The position numbers were made by a program, and so were the translations under genes. A DNA stretch of 64,000 nucleotides from Geosiphon pyriformis uo1 (lineage: Eukaryota > Fungi > Glomeromycota), in NCBI GenBank assembly GCA_016748015.1, contig JAAOMT010000639.1, forward strand, positions 190,689 to 254,688, read 5' to 3'. Under the pieces are notes generated by a model. That model did not search any database, was not told where the DNA came from, and was given only the letters and a program-made list of their open reading frames with translations. Every line of letters begins with the position of its first letter. Within the stretch, counting starts at the first letter, position 1. Shown piece after piece: positions 1 to 15,360 of this stretch.

Positions 1-492
1 AATTGATACTTAACCATGCTGGAACAATAGCTCTTGATCATGGCTATTGATGAGATACTAATGTACCAAATTGCCTTGGCTTATTTTCTCTATTTTCTTT
101 ATTTTTATTTTCTTTATTTTATTTTCTTTCTTTTTTTGATTTTGTTGTTGTATACTAATTGATTAAAAGATTAAGCACTGAGTTATTAATGTCAAGAATA
201 GCCTGGTAAAAGACCCAGAAATAAGGGTAGAATTTTATATATTATTAGATAGCTTACCAGAAGAGCACGACTGCCAGACTAAATCCAGCCACCACGCTGA
301 GAAAAAAATTGGGAAAACTCTTGAAAAGATACATTTACTATTGACACTATTGAATCTTTGTCTATTATACAAAGGACTTCATCAAAACCTTCAAATACTA
401 CACTTGCAGAACCTCATCCACGGAAGTAGCTTTTGAACACCAAGTTACAGGTTTGTTATTTAATTTAACAGCAGAAATATTCACCTGTAACA
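1..492 (+). mobile_element. 3' part of a Gypsy LTR (cut by window start), inserted antisense into the Gag N-terminal frame of element F
   Basis: Shares the LTR core (caatagctcttgatcatggctattg, T-tract, gcttaccag, caagttacaggtttgtt) with 29856-30681 and ends TGTAACA at 492. The adjacent sequence is the interrupted F frame on the minus strand. Confidence 0.85.
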
Positions 493-1476
493 ACATAGAA
501 ATTAAAGACTGATTCCACTGATATGTAATTGTGGTTTAATCCCAACTATTGACAGTAGTATTAAAATAAAGATTTCACAAATCCTAAATGGTTTGCTCCT
601 ATTGATTCTGATTTTGCCACTTTTGGGATGAGTGTAGTTGGTACTGTTTCTCTGTAAAATTATACTTCACAGGAAGCACCAAATATTACAAATGATTATT
701 TGGGTCTCAAATCATATAACAAACCCATAACTTGGTGCTTGGCTAATATTCTGGTGTTGATATTTGAAGATTTTATTGGAGAGTTCTTTGTATAATGAAC
801 AGAGATTTAATTGATGGTTTTATTTGTAGCTTCCCAAAATCACAGTTTTGTCAAATTTTTTTCTCAGCATGGTGGCTGGTAATCTTCCTAGTAAGCTATT
901 CTCAAATCTATAAGTGTTCTACCCTTGTTTTATAGGTCTTTTACCAGTCCCTATGACATCTGTATCTTAATACTTAATTCTTAATCAATTTAGTAAAACC
1001 AAAGAAATAAAAAAAAAAAATAAAAAAAAATAAAAGAATATAAAGAAATAAGTCAAAGCAATTGCAAGTTAATATCCTGTTAATAGCCATAATCAAAAGC
1101 TATTGTTTCAATGTGGTTAAGTATCAATTACTATCAACATAAAATGCTGATAATAGAGAATAGATTTGAGATAAAGAATAATTATTTATTGATATTTGTG
1201 AGTTAGAAGATTGCTTAGATCAATTCTAAACTGAGAAGTTTCTAACTAAAAGATTCTGTCTTTTTTTCTTCTAACACTACTGTTATATATACATGATTCA
1301 GATTCCTCAATTCCTCAATTCTTTATACCAGGAATTCTGGAATTCTGTGATTCCTTGTCTGAAAATTCTGAAATTCCTGAAATTCTGAGAGAAATTTTGA
1401 AATTACACATTTATTACAGTTATTTCTGATTGGCTAATTTATGCTAATATATACTTCCTATATTCTATGAGTAATA
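493..1476 (-). mobile_element. Gypsy element F: 5' LTR (684-1476), PBS (664-683) and start of the Gag N-terminal frame (493-~620)
   Basis: Reverse complement reads TATTAC...TGTAATA, then TTTGGTGCTTCCTGTGAAG, then PKVAKSESIGANHLGFVKSLF, homologous to ORF 30745. U3 matches the LTRs of B. Confidence 0.85.
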
Positions 1477-1685
1477 CTGGTTATTAAAAATCAGAAAAAA
1501 ATCAGGGTTAAAACACAATATATTTAGATTTGTTAGTACTAATTTTATAAAAGTTTTTAAAAAAAATTAGTTTTTAATTTATTAATTTTAACAATAAAAA
1601 TTCTTAAATTACTAGTATTTAAAAGTAAAAAACCAATTATATTCTTAAATTTATTATGTATTTATAACAAAAATATAATAAACTG

Positions 1686-3320
1686 AAAGATGTTTTGGCA
1701 GTGAAAAAGATTAGATCCAAGAGATCTTATGTTTCATTAATTTATGCTAGTGTCTGAGTTTTTGAGTAAAAACGTTTTTTTGGAAGTTGAATCTACTAAT
1801 GTTCATAAGGCATTCAGATTAGATGTTTTAGAATCTAAAAAGTTTTCTGTTGTACAAGAAAGTTTGCTGAAAATTTGGTTTGATTCTATTAAGATCTACA
1901 TAGATGGGTTCTTAAAGTATATTAGTTCTGCTAAGATAGCAAGTAGTATAGCTGCTTACTTTTTGGCTATGAACATGGATATTAAAGTTAGAGTAAATAA
2001 GCTTTTGTTTTCTACTTTGGCTGAGTTATAGACTGTTGTTTTGGTATTGGAATGTGTTCTATTTTTGTGTACTGTAATTTGTATCTAAACAGCCAATCTG
2101 TAATTAATACATATGTATTTAAAACTTTGTTTGCTGTGCCTGATTTTTGTAATCAATATTAGATTAAAAGGAGGCATGTTGCTAATTTAATTAGAGATAA
2201 AGACATTTCTGTTAAGTGAATAAAAGTTAAAAGACATTCAAGAGTTTTGGACAATATTAGAACTGATATAATGGCTGGTAAAACTACTTTCTCTTTTCTT
2301 TTCTTACCAGTTGGAGTTTGGAAGTGGTTTTTGATAGCTGAAGATATGGCTGTATCTGGTAACACTCATTATTTTGTTTGTAATCTGTACTGATTAATTT
2401 GCTGTATTTGTTGAAAGGCTGGTTCTGATTACAATATAGTTTTAAGTGCTATAATTAAAGAGATTGATTAAAATACTACTACAAAAGTCTGACATCCTAA
2501 TTTGCATATGCTTTTTGGGTTTACTAATAGGAAGTTAACCAATTTGTACACATATTTGATGAAAGCAGTACACAAATAACTGCTAATAATAATTAGAAAG
2601 AGATTATATAACAGAGATTATCTTGGAGTGCTGTGTTTATTGTGTAGTAAAGTAGAGTTGTCTGATTATGTTTTTATTTGTGCTAGTAATATGAATATCT
2701 ACAAAAACATTTTGGCTGAAGCTTTTAATAAATAAGTATTATTGGCAGGTACTTTTTGCTCATTTTTTTCTGCTGTTTTGTAGTTATTCTCTTTGTTTTC
2801 TTTGGATGTAAATCTGTATACTGCAATTTGCAAGAATTTTGTGCTGAGAAATTGGTATACTAAGACTGTTTTGGTTTTTGATAGAAAGAAAAAAACTGCT
2901 TTAGCTTTTATTGAGTATATAAAGTTTTTTGTAAAATTACATCATACTAAAGTGTGGCTTATTAAATCTAAGCATAAAATAAATATAGAAAAAACTGAGT
3001 TGATTAAGAATGATAATTTGATTTCAGATTTGTTTTATAGTATAGTGTCTATATTATTAAATAAAATAGTTTATATGCTTGATGTTTTAGAATCTTTTGC
3101 TTTTAATTATAATAGATGCAAAATGTGTTACTTTTTTTTGATTTGAATAATGATGTTTATGTTAGTATAAATATATAATGTTATCTTGTTTGGTCTGAGT
3201 GACTGGCCATATGTAGTAAAAATGTAAGATATATTTAGCTTAAGCCACTTAGTTTGAATCTATGTACTAGATAGCAGTTGGACTTTATTTGTAAAATTAT
3301 TAATAAAAAAAAATAATAAA
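1686..3320 (+). mobile_element. Degenerate 3' end of a LINE ORF2 (RNase H plus C-terminal Cys/His region) with an A-rich tail
   Basis: ORF 1744 IYIDGFLK...LLFSTLAEL resembles RNase H YTDGS...AEL. A KVKRHS motif (WVKVKGHSG-like) lies near 2220. Homologous to 48381-49530. Many TGG>TGA and CAA>TAA stops. Confidence 0.75.
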
Positions 3321-4336
3321 AACATATTTAAAACTATATTAAATTATATTATTAGTAAAAAAATATTTGGTATTTCAAAAACTAAAGAAAAAAACCAGTT
3401 AAAAAATTGTCTAATTTTTTAGCTATAATAAAAACCTAATTACTTAAAGATTTTAAAAAGTATTTTAATATATTTAGATAAGTTTTTATTATAACACAAA
3501 AAGCACAAAGCTATTAACAATTAAAATTTATGTTTAACCACTAAAAACAACCAAATAAAAAACCAAACTTAATTTTTTAGCATAAATAAAAAAAAATTTT
3601 ACTTATATCTATAATAAAATTATATTTAAAAAAAATATGACTGATTTTTTTACAAATTAAACACATATTAAAACCAGTTTTAACCAATAAAAAAAAATGT
3701 TTTTTATAATTAAAATAATAATTAAAGCTTTTAACAAGTTATTTTGTTATTAAAACAAAAAATAACATATTTAATCCAAGTATATATAATAAAATTGTAC
3801 TTAATAATACATGGTTTTATTAACAAATCAATATAATTACACAAATTATAAGTATTTATTTTTATATAAATTTTTAAGATTTTATGTTAATTTATTATTA
3901 TTAGTTTTAATTATTTTTACAATATTTTTTTAATTAAGATTAATATTATAGATGTTTTTTTTTTTTAATGATCATATTATGATTAATTTCTACAGCTTTT
4001 TAAATCAAGTAATAATATAGTAAATTATTTAATTTTGACATAAAAATAAGTATATTAGTCTTAATCAGTATTACTTTTGATTTATGTTGAATTTTTATTT
4101 AATATATTACTACTATTCTTTTATTTAAAGATTTAAAGATTAGTTTAATGAGTTTTTTTAACTTCCTAAGAGATATTAAATAATTTTTTCTGGTAAGTGT
4201 CTTTATTATTGTATTTGGTATATAATATAATATTTCTGTTAAAAATTGCTGTTGATAGCCACTGCTATACTAGTTTTCTAAAAAAAATTTTTATTGTATT
4301 CTTACACTTTTAATTGTCTTTTCTTAAGACTTTCAC

Positions 4337-4950
4337 TGTTATTTATAGAAATAGAAATCATAATAAGTAGAAAAATAGCCAATAAGAAAGAAATATAGTA
4401 AATAAAAGAACTGCAGAATTCCTTTTAAAAAATTGTAAGATTTTAGAATTCCAGAATTGCAGAATTTCTCTTAAAAAATTAAAAGATTTCAAAAAATCTT
4501 GTATAATACAAATTATATATATATAGCAAAAATATTAGAAACAAAAAAAGTAATTTAGTTCAAAGTTTAAAATAACAATACATCTTTTTTTAAAAGATAG
4601 TTTTCTATAACTTGAAATAAAATTATACTTATATTAATAAAACATTTATTATCTTTTAAATTTATATTATCATTATTTAATTAAAGAAATATTAATTAAT
4701 TTTATACTATTAATACTCTATGTTAATAGAATTTGATATTTAATTATACTAAACCAATAGTTTTTGATTATAATTATTAACAAAATACTAATTTTTTTTT
4801 GTTCTTATTTTTTTTTATTTTTTTTTATTTTTTTTGTTTTATTTTTTTTGTTGTTTCCTAATTGATTAAAAAAATTAAGCACTAAGTAATTAATGTCAAA
4901 AAGAGTCTGATATAAAATCTGGAAACAAAAGTAGAAAACTTAAAAATAGT
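4337..4950 (+). mobile_element. Truncated Gypsy LTR
   Basis: Starts TGTTATTTATAG, has gaattgcag/gaattccag repeats, TATATATAGC and the shared LTR core. Cut near 4950 where LINE sequence begins. Confidence 0.75.
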
Positions 4951-7500
4951 CTTTAATAACTATTAAAATGTCTTTTTATCTTTGGCTGGTTTTTTATTAG
5001 CCAATATTTTCTCAAAGAAACATATTTGAATTAGTTTCAATATTGTCTTTATCTCTTTAGAGCCCAAAAATTTTTAATAACAAACTAGTTAACAAGCTGG
5101 TCTTTTCTTTTGTAATTTTTACACCAAGTATTACTAGTACTTTTTGTTCAAAAAAAATAATCAAAAAGACTGAAAGTTCAAAAAAGTGAAGACAATTGCA
5201 TATTTCTGTTATTGTTACATTGAACTTCTTTATAATTTCTAATAAAATCTTAGATTAAATTTCTATTGTATTATTTAATATATCATTTAAGATGAGCCAA
5301 GATCAACTATTGACTATATTGCCAAATATGGTTTTTTTTGGCAGATTATTGTCAGTTTTAGAAGCAAAACAACAATTTTTTATTAAATTACTTATTATTA
5401 AGAACTGAACTGACTAAATGGAAACTGAATTATTTTTTTATTGGTTTTTGGTACTGTCATTGGTAGTGCTTAAGAAACTATTATTAATTATCTAAGATTT
5501 GCTAAATAAATAATCTTTATCTGGTGCTTAATGCTATTTTTAAGATTAAATTGGCTTATGTTAAGACTGTTTTTTAGTTTGTACATGGTTTTTTAAATGC
5601 AAAGTTGGTATCAAAAAACAATATAAAGCTTTTCCATATAAAGTTTGCTTTTTAAGAGTCTTTGAAAGCTGTTTTTCTGGTTGAGTTTACAAGCTTTGTT
5701 TATTTGACCACTCTTAAAATTGCCAAGTTTTTGGTGATTTCTAAGTCTGATTTTTTTTTGCTGTTGTTGTGCTGTATAATATGCTTTTAAATGTGTTTGT
5801 TGTTAATATTAAGACAGTTTTTAGTGTGTTTAATAAAGTTTTTCATATTGTGTTGAAGCCTACTAGTATTTAATAATATGTAATTGTTAACTTTAATAAA
5901 CTAAACTTTGTTGTATTTGCTTTAAATTATTAATTAATTTTGGTGAATAAAGATAATATTAGGATCTTTCTTTTAATAAATCAAAATAAAACTATTCTGT
6001 TTTATAATAAATTTAAGGTCAAGTTGGTTAACCTTTTTTTTGGCTGTACTGTTTTTAAAATTAATAATATAATTTTTTAGGTTAATAATAAAACATGTTT
6101 TATTTCTTGTTTTTCTAATTCTGGTTATTATTTCTGATTTGCTTTGATTATGTTTGGATTTTAAGTTGACTTGAATGCTGCAATTTTTAAGATTAATATA
6201 TTAAGAAAGTGCTATATCTGATAAGAAACTTCTGGTTGTTGGCACTGTTTTAAGTGTTAAAAAATAGACTATTTGACTGTAAAATGTAAAGTTTTTTTGC
6301 TTCTTTCTCTTAAGGCTTTTAAGATATTTAAACTATAATTTATGAATAATGTTTTTTATATTAAGGCATCTGCTTTTCCAAATTCTTTTGGGTTTTTTCT
6401 TTTGATAACTTTTGCTTTTTTTTTTTGTAATTGTTGGTAATTCTTTGATTTTTTTTTGGCTGGTATTTCTAAAATCTAATTTGGTTAAGTTGTTAACTTT
6501 AGTTAATTCAATTGTTAAGCCTATTAATGTGTTGATTATTGTGTTTAAGTAGTTTATCCAAGGTAATTTTGTATTAAGTAGTGGTTTTAGTCTTAAAGTT
6601 AATAAAATTTTAATACATATAAGTGCTTTTAGCAAAGTTATAAGTAAACTAAAGCAAGATATAATTGCTTTAAAAAATAAGTGTAATTATAAGGATATTG
6701 ATATGTTTGGTTTCTATATAAGTTTGTTTGTTATTAATAATAATATGTTTTTTAATTTATTGTTATTTTAAAAACATAAACCAGCTAATATTAAGTCTAA
6801 TGTTTTTAAGATAGTTGGTAATTAATAAGCTTAATTTTTAATAGTATTATATTGTTTGAAATTGTTTAAAAAATATTTTTTTTGGATAAGTTTTCTTATA
6901 AAGCATCAACATAATATGTTTTTGATTGGTCTGAATAACTGGTTATATATAGAAAGAGCATAAATTGTATTTAGCTAGAATTTTTAATTTTGGTTCTGTA
7001 TATTAAATAATAATTAGATTGCATTTATTAAACTTTAATAATAATAATAAAATTATATTTGGTAAAAAACTTTTAAATATTATTATTACTATAAGTATTA
7101 AAATTTAGATTATTTAATCATAAACTGTAAAATGTTTTTTTTTTCAAGTTTTTATTTAAGTTTATTAATAATATTAAAGTTTTTAATACTTTTTTTGTTG
7201 GTATTAAATTATATGTTAAAACTTTTATATTATTAATTTTTTCTATTATTGTATCTTTGGAATTAACTTTAAATTGAATTTCTTAGAATTTTAAATCTTT
7301 AATTTGGCTATATTAATAAAATCTGTTATTAAACTTATTAATTTTTTGGTTATTTTAGTTACTTTTTTTCTGGTTGTAAATAAATAATTAAAGTTTAAGA
7401 TAAAATTTGAATTGATTAAAATAGATAATATTACTAAAAGTTTTGCTTCAATTTTAGCTAATTTGTTTAAAAACTGCTAATTTTAAAACTAAATAGATTT
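4950..7500 (+). mobile_element. Heavily mutated LINE 5' region (ORF1 gag-like, probably into the endonuclease)
   Basis: Collinear with 62550-64000 (tctttggctggttttt; aaaattgccaagtttttggtg; eroded zinc knuckle at ~6245-6290). The 3' limit is approximate. Confidence 0.75.
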
Positions 7501-8501
7501 TGGTTAAATAAATAATAATAAGATAAATACTGCTTATTCTTTACTTTTGAGTATATTATATTATTGTAACATATGAGCTTTTTTGATGTTAAAAATAGTG
7601 TTGACAAAACTAAAATGTTTTTAAGTCAATTTATTTTTAATAGTCGTCATTTGAATATTTGTGTTAATAAAATTCGTGAGTTGGTTTCTTTTCAGCTCTT
7701 TGTGATTTAGATTGACGTAAGTTCGTGTAACTGGTCACGTGTAAAAAGCACATGATCGTAGATTGTGGAAAAATCTTATTTTGTTAAAGCATAATATAAA
7801 AAAAAATTAAAAAACAAGAACAATAAAAAAATTACTATGAAAAATTAAATATTTAAATATTTAATGTTATAATAATAAAATAAATTTTGGTTATTTAATA
7901 ATATTAATAATTTTTATGTATATAAATAACAATTAAACTACATTCAATAAAGCATTATAATAATCTTTGTTATTTGGATCCAAATTGCTTTATTACCAAA
8001 ACTTTGCTATTCACATAACATTTATGATATGATAAAATTAAGCCAATATATCATAAAAGTAAAAGGATGTTTGCTTTCCCAAAAATTGTGATGAAAATTT
8101 CCATTAAAATTTCATGTCAAAAGAATTTAAAGCCAAAATTTGCAATGAAAAGTATGGCGTTACTAAGTCATAATGATTAATAGTAGTGGATATAATGAAT
8201 CAGTTGTTGATAAAGGATTTTCTGCCAAATAATCAATAATAACCAATGATTCTTGTATTGTTTGAAAATAATCAATAACTAAGAATGAGATACTAAGGCT
8301 TTGATGTGACCAAATAATATTAGCGTGAAGGGAATTATAATAATCAAAGTACATGCAAGGACAACCAAATAACTCAATAGTAGACAAAACCAAAAACAGA
8401 AGCAATTTGATAATGGGACTCACTAATAATCGTAGCATCACATCATGATCCATCCAATACTTAGGCCATTTTGAGTATCCCGTTCGGCCGCCTTGCTCAA
8501 C

Positions 8502-9564
8502 TTACTCGACCTCCTTAGCTTCCTGCTTTTTCAACTCAGCTATTGCTAGTTCAACTTTAGCCCCCACACGTTGCCGAAGCGCAGATCGATATCCAAGAAG
8601 GAACAAAAGTTCAAGCCAGACAAATAAAGGTGCAAGCAATAAGGCTGTGGTTGTAAGTTTAAGAATTTGGGTTAGTTAGTAAATTTGTTAATATATGATT
8701 AGATAAGTTCGACCGATTTGATATTATAATAACTTTGGCAGCAAGATCTAATTTGCACTCGGCAGATAATGTCAATGCATAAATCATCGTATGCTTCTTT
8801 AGCCAATTATAATTGCATACAAAAGAAAATAGATAATAACTTAATCTTAATAAATTAACAAGAAAAACCTTGCGCGAGATTGTCCATCAATGCCGGCGCT
8901 TTTTTTTCCACAAACCCATGTCCAATAAATTGTGCGATCCAAGACGCGATATGAACATATCCGGCCAAAGCATTGTGATTTGGGTGAGTAGCGGCGAATT
9001 TCGTGGCATTATGTGCCATATAAAGTAATATGGGCGAATATAGAAACTTCCGATTGTTAATTATGATCCACAAAAATAGAATCGAACAGTAGTGTCAAAA
9101 AGTAGGATATTCCAGTAGACAAATTGAAGTTGTCTTGACTCAGCTCTTGATAATAAGAACGAACCAAGCAAAGGCTACAAAATTTAACTCACCCCGGCCA
9201 CGGGTTCCAAAAGAACGTAATAAGATATATATAATATTACAACATATAACGCCAGGTTAGGTTCGAACGGTGTCATACTCCACCAAGAGTCTAGTTCGCC
9301 ATATGAAGGCAACTTGCAGTAATTTGACGCCCATACTAGAGCACTCCATAGAAGGAGTGGAACGCATACTTGAAAATATTAAGTTGTTATTGGATCAAAG
9401 TGCAAAAGTAAATTTTGGCTTCTTCATGATCGCGAGTTACACTAACACATCAACCCACTGTTAGAAGTAAATTGTGACTTACCCATATGAATAATTACAT
9501 TGATTCTAGTATTATGATATTTACCATAAAAGGCGAGTTGTTCTTCCAGGTTCAGTAACCCCAT
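8502..9564 (-). CDS. MPO1: Mpo1/DUF962 (YGL010W-like) ER membrane 2-hydroxy fatty acid dioxygenase, 192 aa; exons 9564-9483, 9368-9193, 9046-8869, 8644-8502
   Basis: GT-AG spliced frame MGLLNLEEQLAFYGKYHNTRINVIIHMVCVPLLLWSALVW...YYVLLEPVAG...[48 protein letters not shown]...EVE*. Exons total 579 nt, in frame. Confidence 0.9.
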
Positions 9565-10331
9565 GGTCCAGTCAATGAATGTTGCGAAAAGACTCCAAAT
9601 TTATTGTTTATTAAGTGATTACTACTCCTACTAACGATACTACTTTCAAATCTCGAATTCCAAGTTGAAACTTTATCCCTGGGACTGAGTGATTTAAGGA
9701 AAGGTTAAAGAAAAAAGACTTGAAATATCGACTTTAAGAGTTTCAATAGTGGCATGAGTATGTTTATTTTTTGAAAAAAGTCGTTAGCAGCCTTTTTAAC
9801 ATGTGATGGTCTTCTGCAAACTGCTTGAGATGATCAAGTTTAGTTTAGGATGATTGTGAAAAATTTTACAAATCAGTAGGTGGTAGATCAGAATCTATAC
9901 GTCATTACATGACCAAATATTTTTAAATATCAAAAAATAAAATGACAAGCCGAAAGGATCCTTACTCATCAAAAGTTTTCGGCCAGCCAATCTATTCATT
10001 TTGTTTGTCTTTGTGATAAGACTTCTTAATGTTCGAATTTAATGGGATTTTGATATAAAAAAAGGGAAAAGTTCACCAACTTAGCAAGAAATGAGCATAG
10101 AATACATTTATCTGTGGGTTCGGGTGACAACAGCAAAAAACAAAAAATATCGGGATAAGGAAGAAATACTTGGGTTAATGTATTACAAGGGGAGCGTTAT
10201 ATGGGATTATTAGAGCTAGGGCCATCTAACCATCCAACCACACAAATATTAACATGGACTTAATTCCATCTCGTGTAATTATTGATTCGGTGAATAAGAA
10301 AACCCCAATTACACCGAAGGGCTAAAGGTAT

Positions 10332-11481
<1,150 letters not shown>

Positions 11482-12060
11482 TTATAAAAATATGTTTTTT
11501 TTGGTCTAGGCTTTCTCGAAAAAAGCGTAGTAAACGTGTAAAACAGCAAAGAGGTGGGCAAGGAAAAAAAACAAAAAAAAATATTTTCCTTAATGCTTGG
11601 TGAAACCCTGAGCTTTTAAAAAGTAAAGAGGCACAACTCTACCCACAAGATATACAATATCAGGGACGGATGGATGGATGCGTGGACAGATGGACGGACG
11701 ATTTGTGCACCAATTTTTTCGCAAATGAGAACGAAGATTGTTACAAAAGCTATAAACACTGGTGTCAAGATTTATGACAAGTAGACTGTGACGTCATTTT
11801 CTCATGATACTTGCTTACACGATCAATTTATCATTTTCTACTTATTAGATCACTGGATAATAAATTAGATATTAGATATCTCAATTTGACAATAGAAAAA
11901 TTTTTGTTCGCTGTTACCAAATAGGCGTAAAAAGTTTTCCCACTTCAATCAAATCTATGTAAAATGTAACTCAGCCAAATCAGGAACGAGACTTTTGACA
12001 CTGAGAGTGAAAAAGGTTCTACAATTTCAGAAATAAGATTTGAATACCACGTAACTTTTT
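11482..12060 (-). promoter_or_regulatory. CpG-retaining 5'/promoter region of Ran, with a GGAT/GGAC repeat (~11663-11700) and a TGACGTCA CRE-like palindrome (~11789)
   Basis: Upstream position, normal CpG content and visible motifs. Function is inferred. Confidence 0.45.
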
Positions 12061-15000
12061 CAAAAGAAAAATTTCAAAATACTAATAATACTAGAATATT
12101 GAAAATCTTTGCATTAAAGCTTTAATAGAATTCATAATTGTTTTTTATTAACAATTTTAAACAATTAATAGAAAATTGTTTTAATATATATTTTAAAAAT
12201 ACCATTTTTTATTATTAAAGTTGCTAAATTAAAATATAATACAAATTATGCTTATAATTAAAAATTCTAAATGTAATAAATAAATAAATTCTATATTAAT
12301 TATAATTAATTGTATTTATATAATTTAAAATTATTATTATTTAATAATTGAATTTACATAAATTGCAACTTATTAAAAATAATATCTTTAATTTTAAAAA
12401 ATTAATTATATAAAAAATTATATATATGTATTATTTTTTTGCTTTAATAAAATAAAATTTTTTATTATTTATATAAATTATTAGGTTAAGATTAATTGTA
12501 AATAAAGATTATGTGATTTTAACAAATAATTAATCATTTAAACATATATTGAAATTACATTATATTATTTTATAAACCAGAAACAAACTCTGTTTATTTA
12601 TTTTATACATAAAATAATTAAAATTCTGGCTATATAATACAAAATAACTTATTTAAATTCTGGTTTTTTCTAATATTAAAATTAATTAAATCCTATAATA
12701 TTAATAAATAAGTATATGTATTTTTGTTAATTATAAATTTTTTGCATTTACATTCTGATTATTAATAATATATAAATTATTTTTAGTTTTTAACTTAATT
12801 AAATATTTAAAAAAATTAAAAAACTTATTAATAAAAATCAAAATCTTTGTTTTATAATAAAAATTTTTAATTTTATTAACCACCAAAAAAAAATTTATAC
12901 AACCAAAATTTTAACAAATTTTATTACAAATTTAACCAAATAAAACAATTTTTACAATTTATATTTTAAAAATACCAATATAAAATTAATTTTATTATTA
13001 AAAAAACAACATAATATAATTAAAAAATAATAATAACTTTAGCTTAAAATTTTGAACTAGTAAAATAATTTGTAAAAATTAAAAAAATTAAAAAAAACTT
13101 AAAAAAACTGAGAAAAATTTTATAAAAACCAATTAATTTAAATTTTAATATTTATAATATTAATATTTAACAATTTTTAATTTTTTTTATAATGTTTTAG
13201 TTTTAATAATTACAAAACTAAATTTTTTAGTTTAAAAATAAAAATAATAATATATATATTTTTTTAATATTTTAATAAAATATAATTTAAATACTATTTA
13301 ATATATTTAAATTAAGTAATCTAAATTAAATATAAATAATATATTTTTTATATATAATTAATTATTTAAGTCAATTAAAACACAAATTAAATTAAATTAA
13401 AAAGAGCCAAAAGTAAATTAATTTAATAAGTTTATTTATAAGACTATTTAAATTTTAATTATTAAAAACAAATTTATTAAAAAAACCAGATTATTTTAAT
13501 ATTATATCTAATATTAAATTATTTATTTATTACAATAATACCAAACATTTAATAATTAAATTATTTAAAAAGTTTAAACTAAAATAAATTATAAAACTAA
13601 AATAAAAATAGCCAAAAGTACAACAATAAAAAAATCAAAAAAACAAAAGTTTTAGTATAAGACTTTATATTAATAAAAAGTAAATTAAAAATTTTAAAAT
13701 TATTAGCAAACTTGAAAAAAAACCTAAAAAAAGAAGTAAAAATATCTTATAATTCAAAAAAATGATTTAAACTTTAATATTTATAATAATAACAATATTT
13801 AAAAGTTTTTTACCAAATATAATATTTATACAAAGTATTAATTTTTAAATAAACAGAATTCAAATCTTTAAAAACTTAAAGATTACAATAGTAAAATATT
13901 AACAATAATAAAAATCAGAAAAATAAAAGATAAAGCATATATAACTATCAATTTAAAAAATCAAATTATTAATTTTAAAAGCAATACAACCAAAAAAAAA
14001 TTTAATATTGTTTTTTTTATTAGTACAAATTAATAAACAAAAATAACAGCAACAATTTTTTTTTAAAATAAACAATAGTTTATTGTTACAAATTAACAGA
14101 TTTATTTTTAACAAAAAAAATTTACCAAAAACACCAAAGATATTTTTAATTTTATCAAAAATATATTAAAAAAAATATTACAAAATACAACAAAAAAAAC
14201 CAAAGATTATTATAAAAAACTTTGTAATTTTAAGAATAAACAAAAATAAAAAATTATTAATAATTTTAGTAACTATATTCAAAAAATTATGAAATATAAA
14301 ATTTATACAAAATAATTCAATATTGTTTTTTAAAATTAATTTAAATTAATAAAGCCAAATAGTAAATTAAATAAAAAATTTACAAATATTAATTTGAATT
14401 ATAATATAATATTAAATACCAAAATAAAAATTATTTACTGTTATAAATAAACTTAATAAAATATTGTAATAATGTTTAATGTTTTTAAATATACAAAAAA
14501 CATGTTAAAGTTTATTAATCTTTAAAGATTTTTATTATATGTAAATTTACTTGTAGAGTTTTTAGTTATAAGACACAAAGATATATTTTTAACAGTTTAT
14601 AATTGAAGATATAAGCTATTTTTTTCGAATTAATTAAATACAGTTGTTAGAGTTTGGTATTGTTTTTTTGTCTTTCTAATAAGTTAATAAAATAAAATTA
14701 ATATTCAAACTTAGAAGAAGCTTTTCTTTTTTACCAAATTATTACAAAGTCTATTTTTAAACAATCAATTTTTAATGTTGTTATTTTACAAAAAAAAAAG
14801 AATTAAAAAAAACAAAAAAAAACCAAAAATTAGTATTATTAATTATTGTGATTAAAAGCAATTAGTTCAAGTTATTAAAATTTCAAAGTTGTTTATATTA
14901 ATAGTATCTGGTTTGAAACAAAAATAAGAAAAATAATTAATTTAATTTTAATAATACAAATTCTAAAATCATATACAAATGAATTAAATAATAAATTTTT

Positions 15001-15199
15001 TATTTAATAATTAATACAAATAAAAAAGTTTATTAAGTTTATAAGTAAAATATTAAAAAAAATTATTTTTGTTTTTTTCTGTCTTTTTTCTATTTGCTAA
15101 AACTACTTGTTTTTATATATATTCTTTAATTTTATAAAATTGTTTTTAATTATTTTATTATTATTAACTATTATTTATTATTTCTATTATTGTTTTGTT

Positions 15200-15360
15200 T
15201 TTTTATATTATAACTAGTTATTTTATATTATAACTAGTTATTTTATATTATGATTAGTTATTTTGTATTATTTTATGTTATTGTATATTATCTTGTATTA
15301 TCTTGAATTATTACATATTATTTTGTATTATCATGTTCTTTTTATGTTATTATATATTAA
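15200..15360 (-). repeat. Short tandem repeats (10/20-bp units such as ttttatattataactagtta) in the U3 of the D LTR
   Basis: Directly visible tandem units. Confidence 0.75.

Noticed and set aside
8163-8453. 96-aa minus-strand ORF downstream of MPO1
   Set aside because: No recognisable motif; probably a chance ORF in 3' UTR or intergenic DNA.
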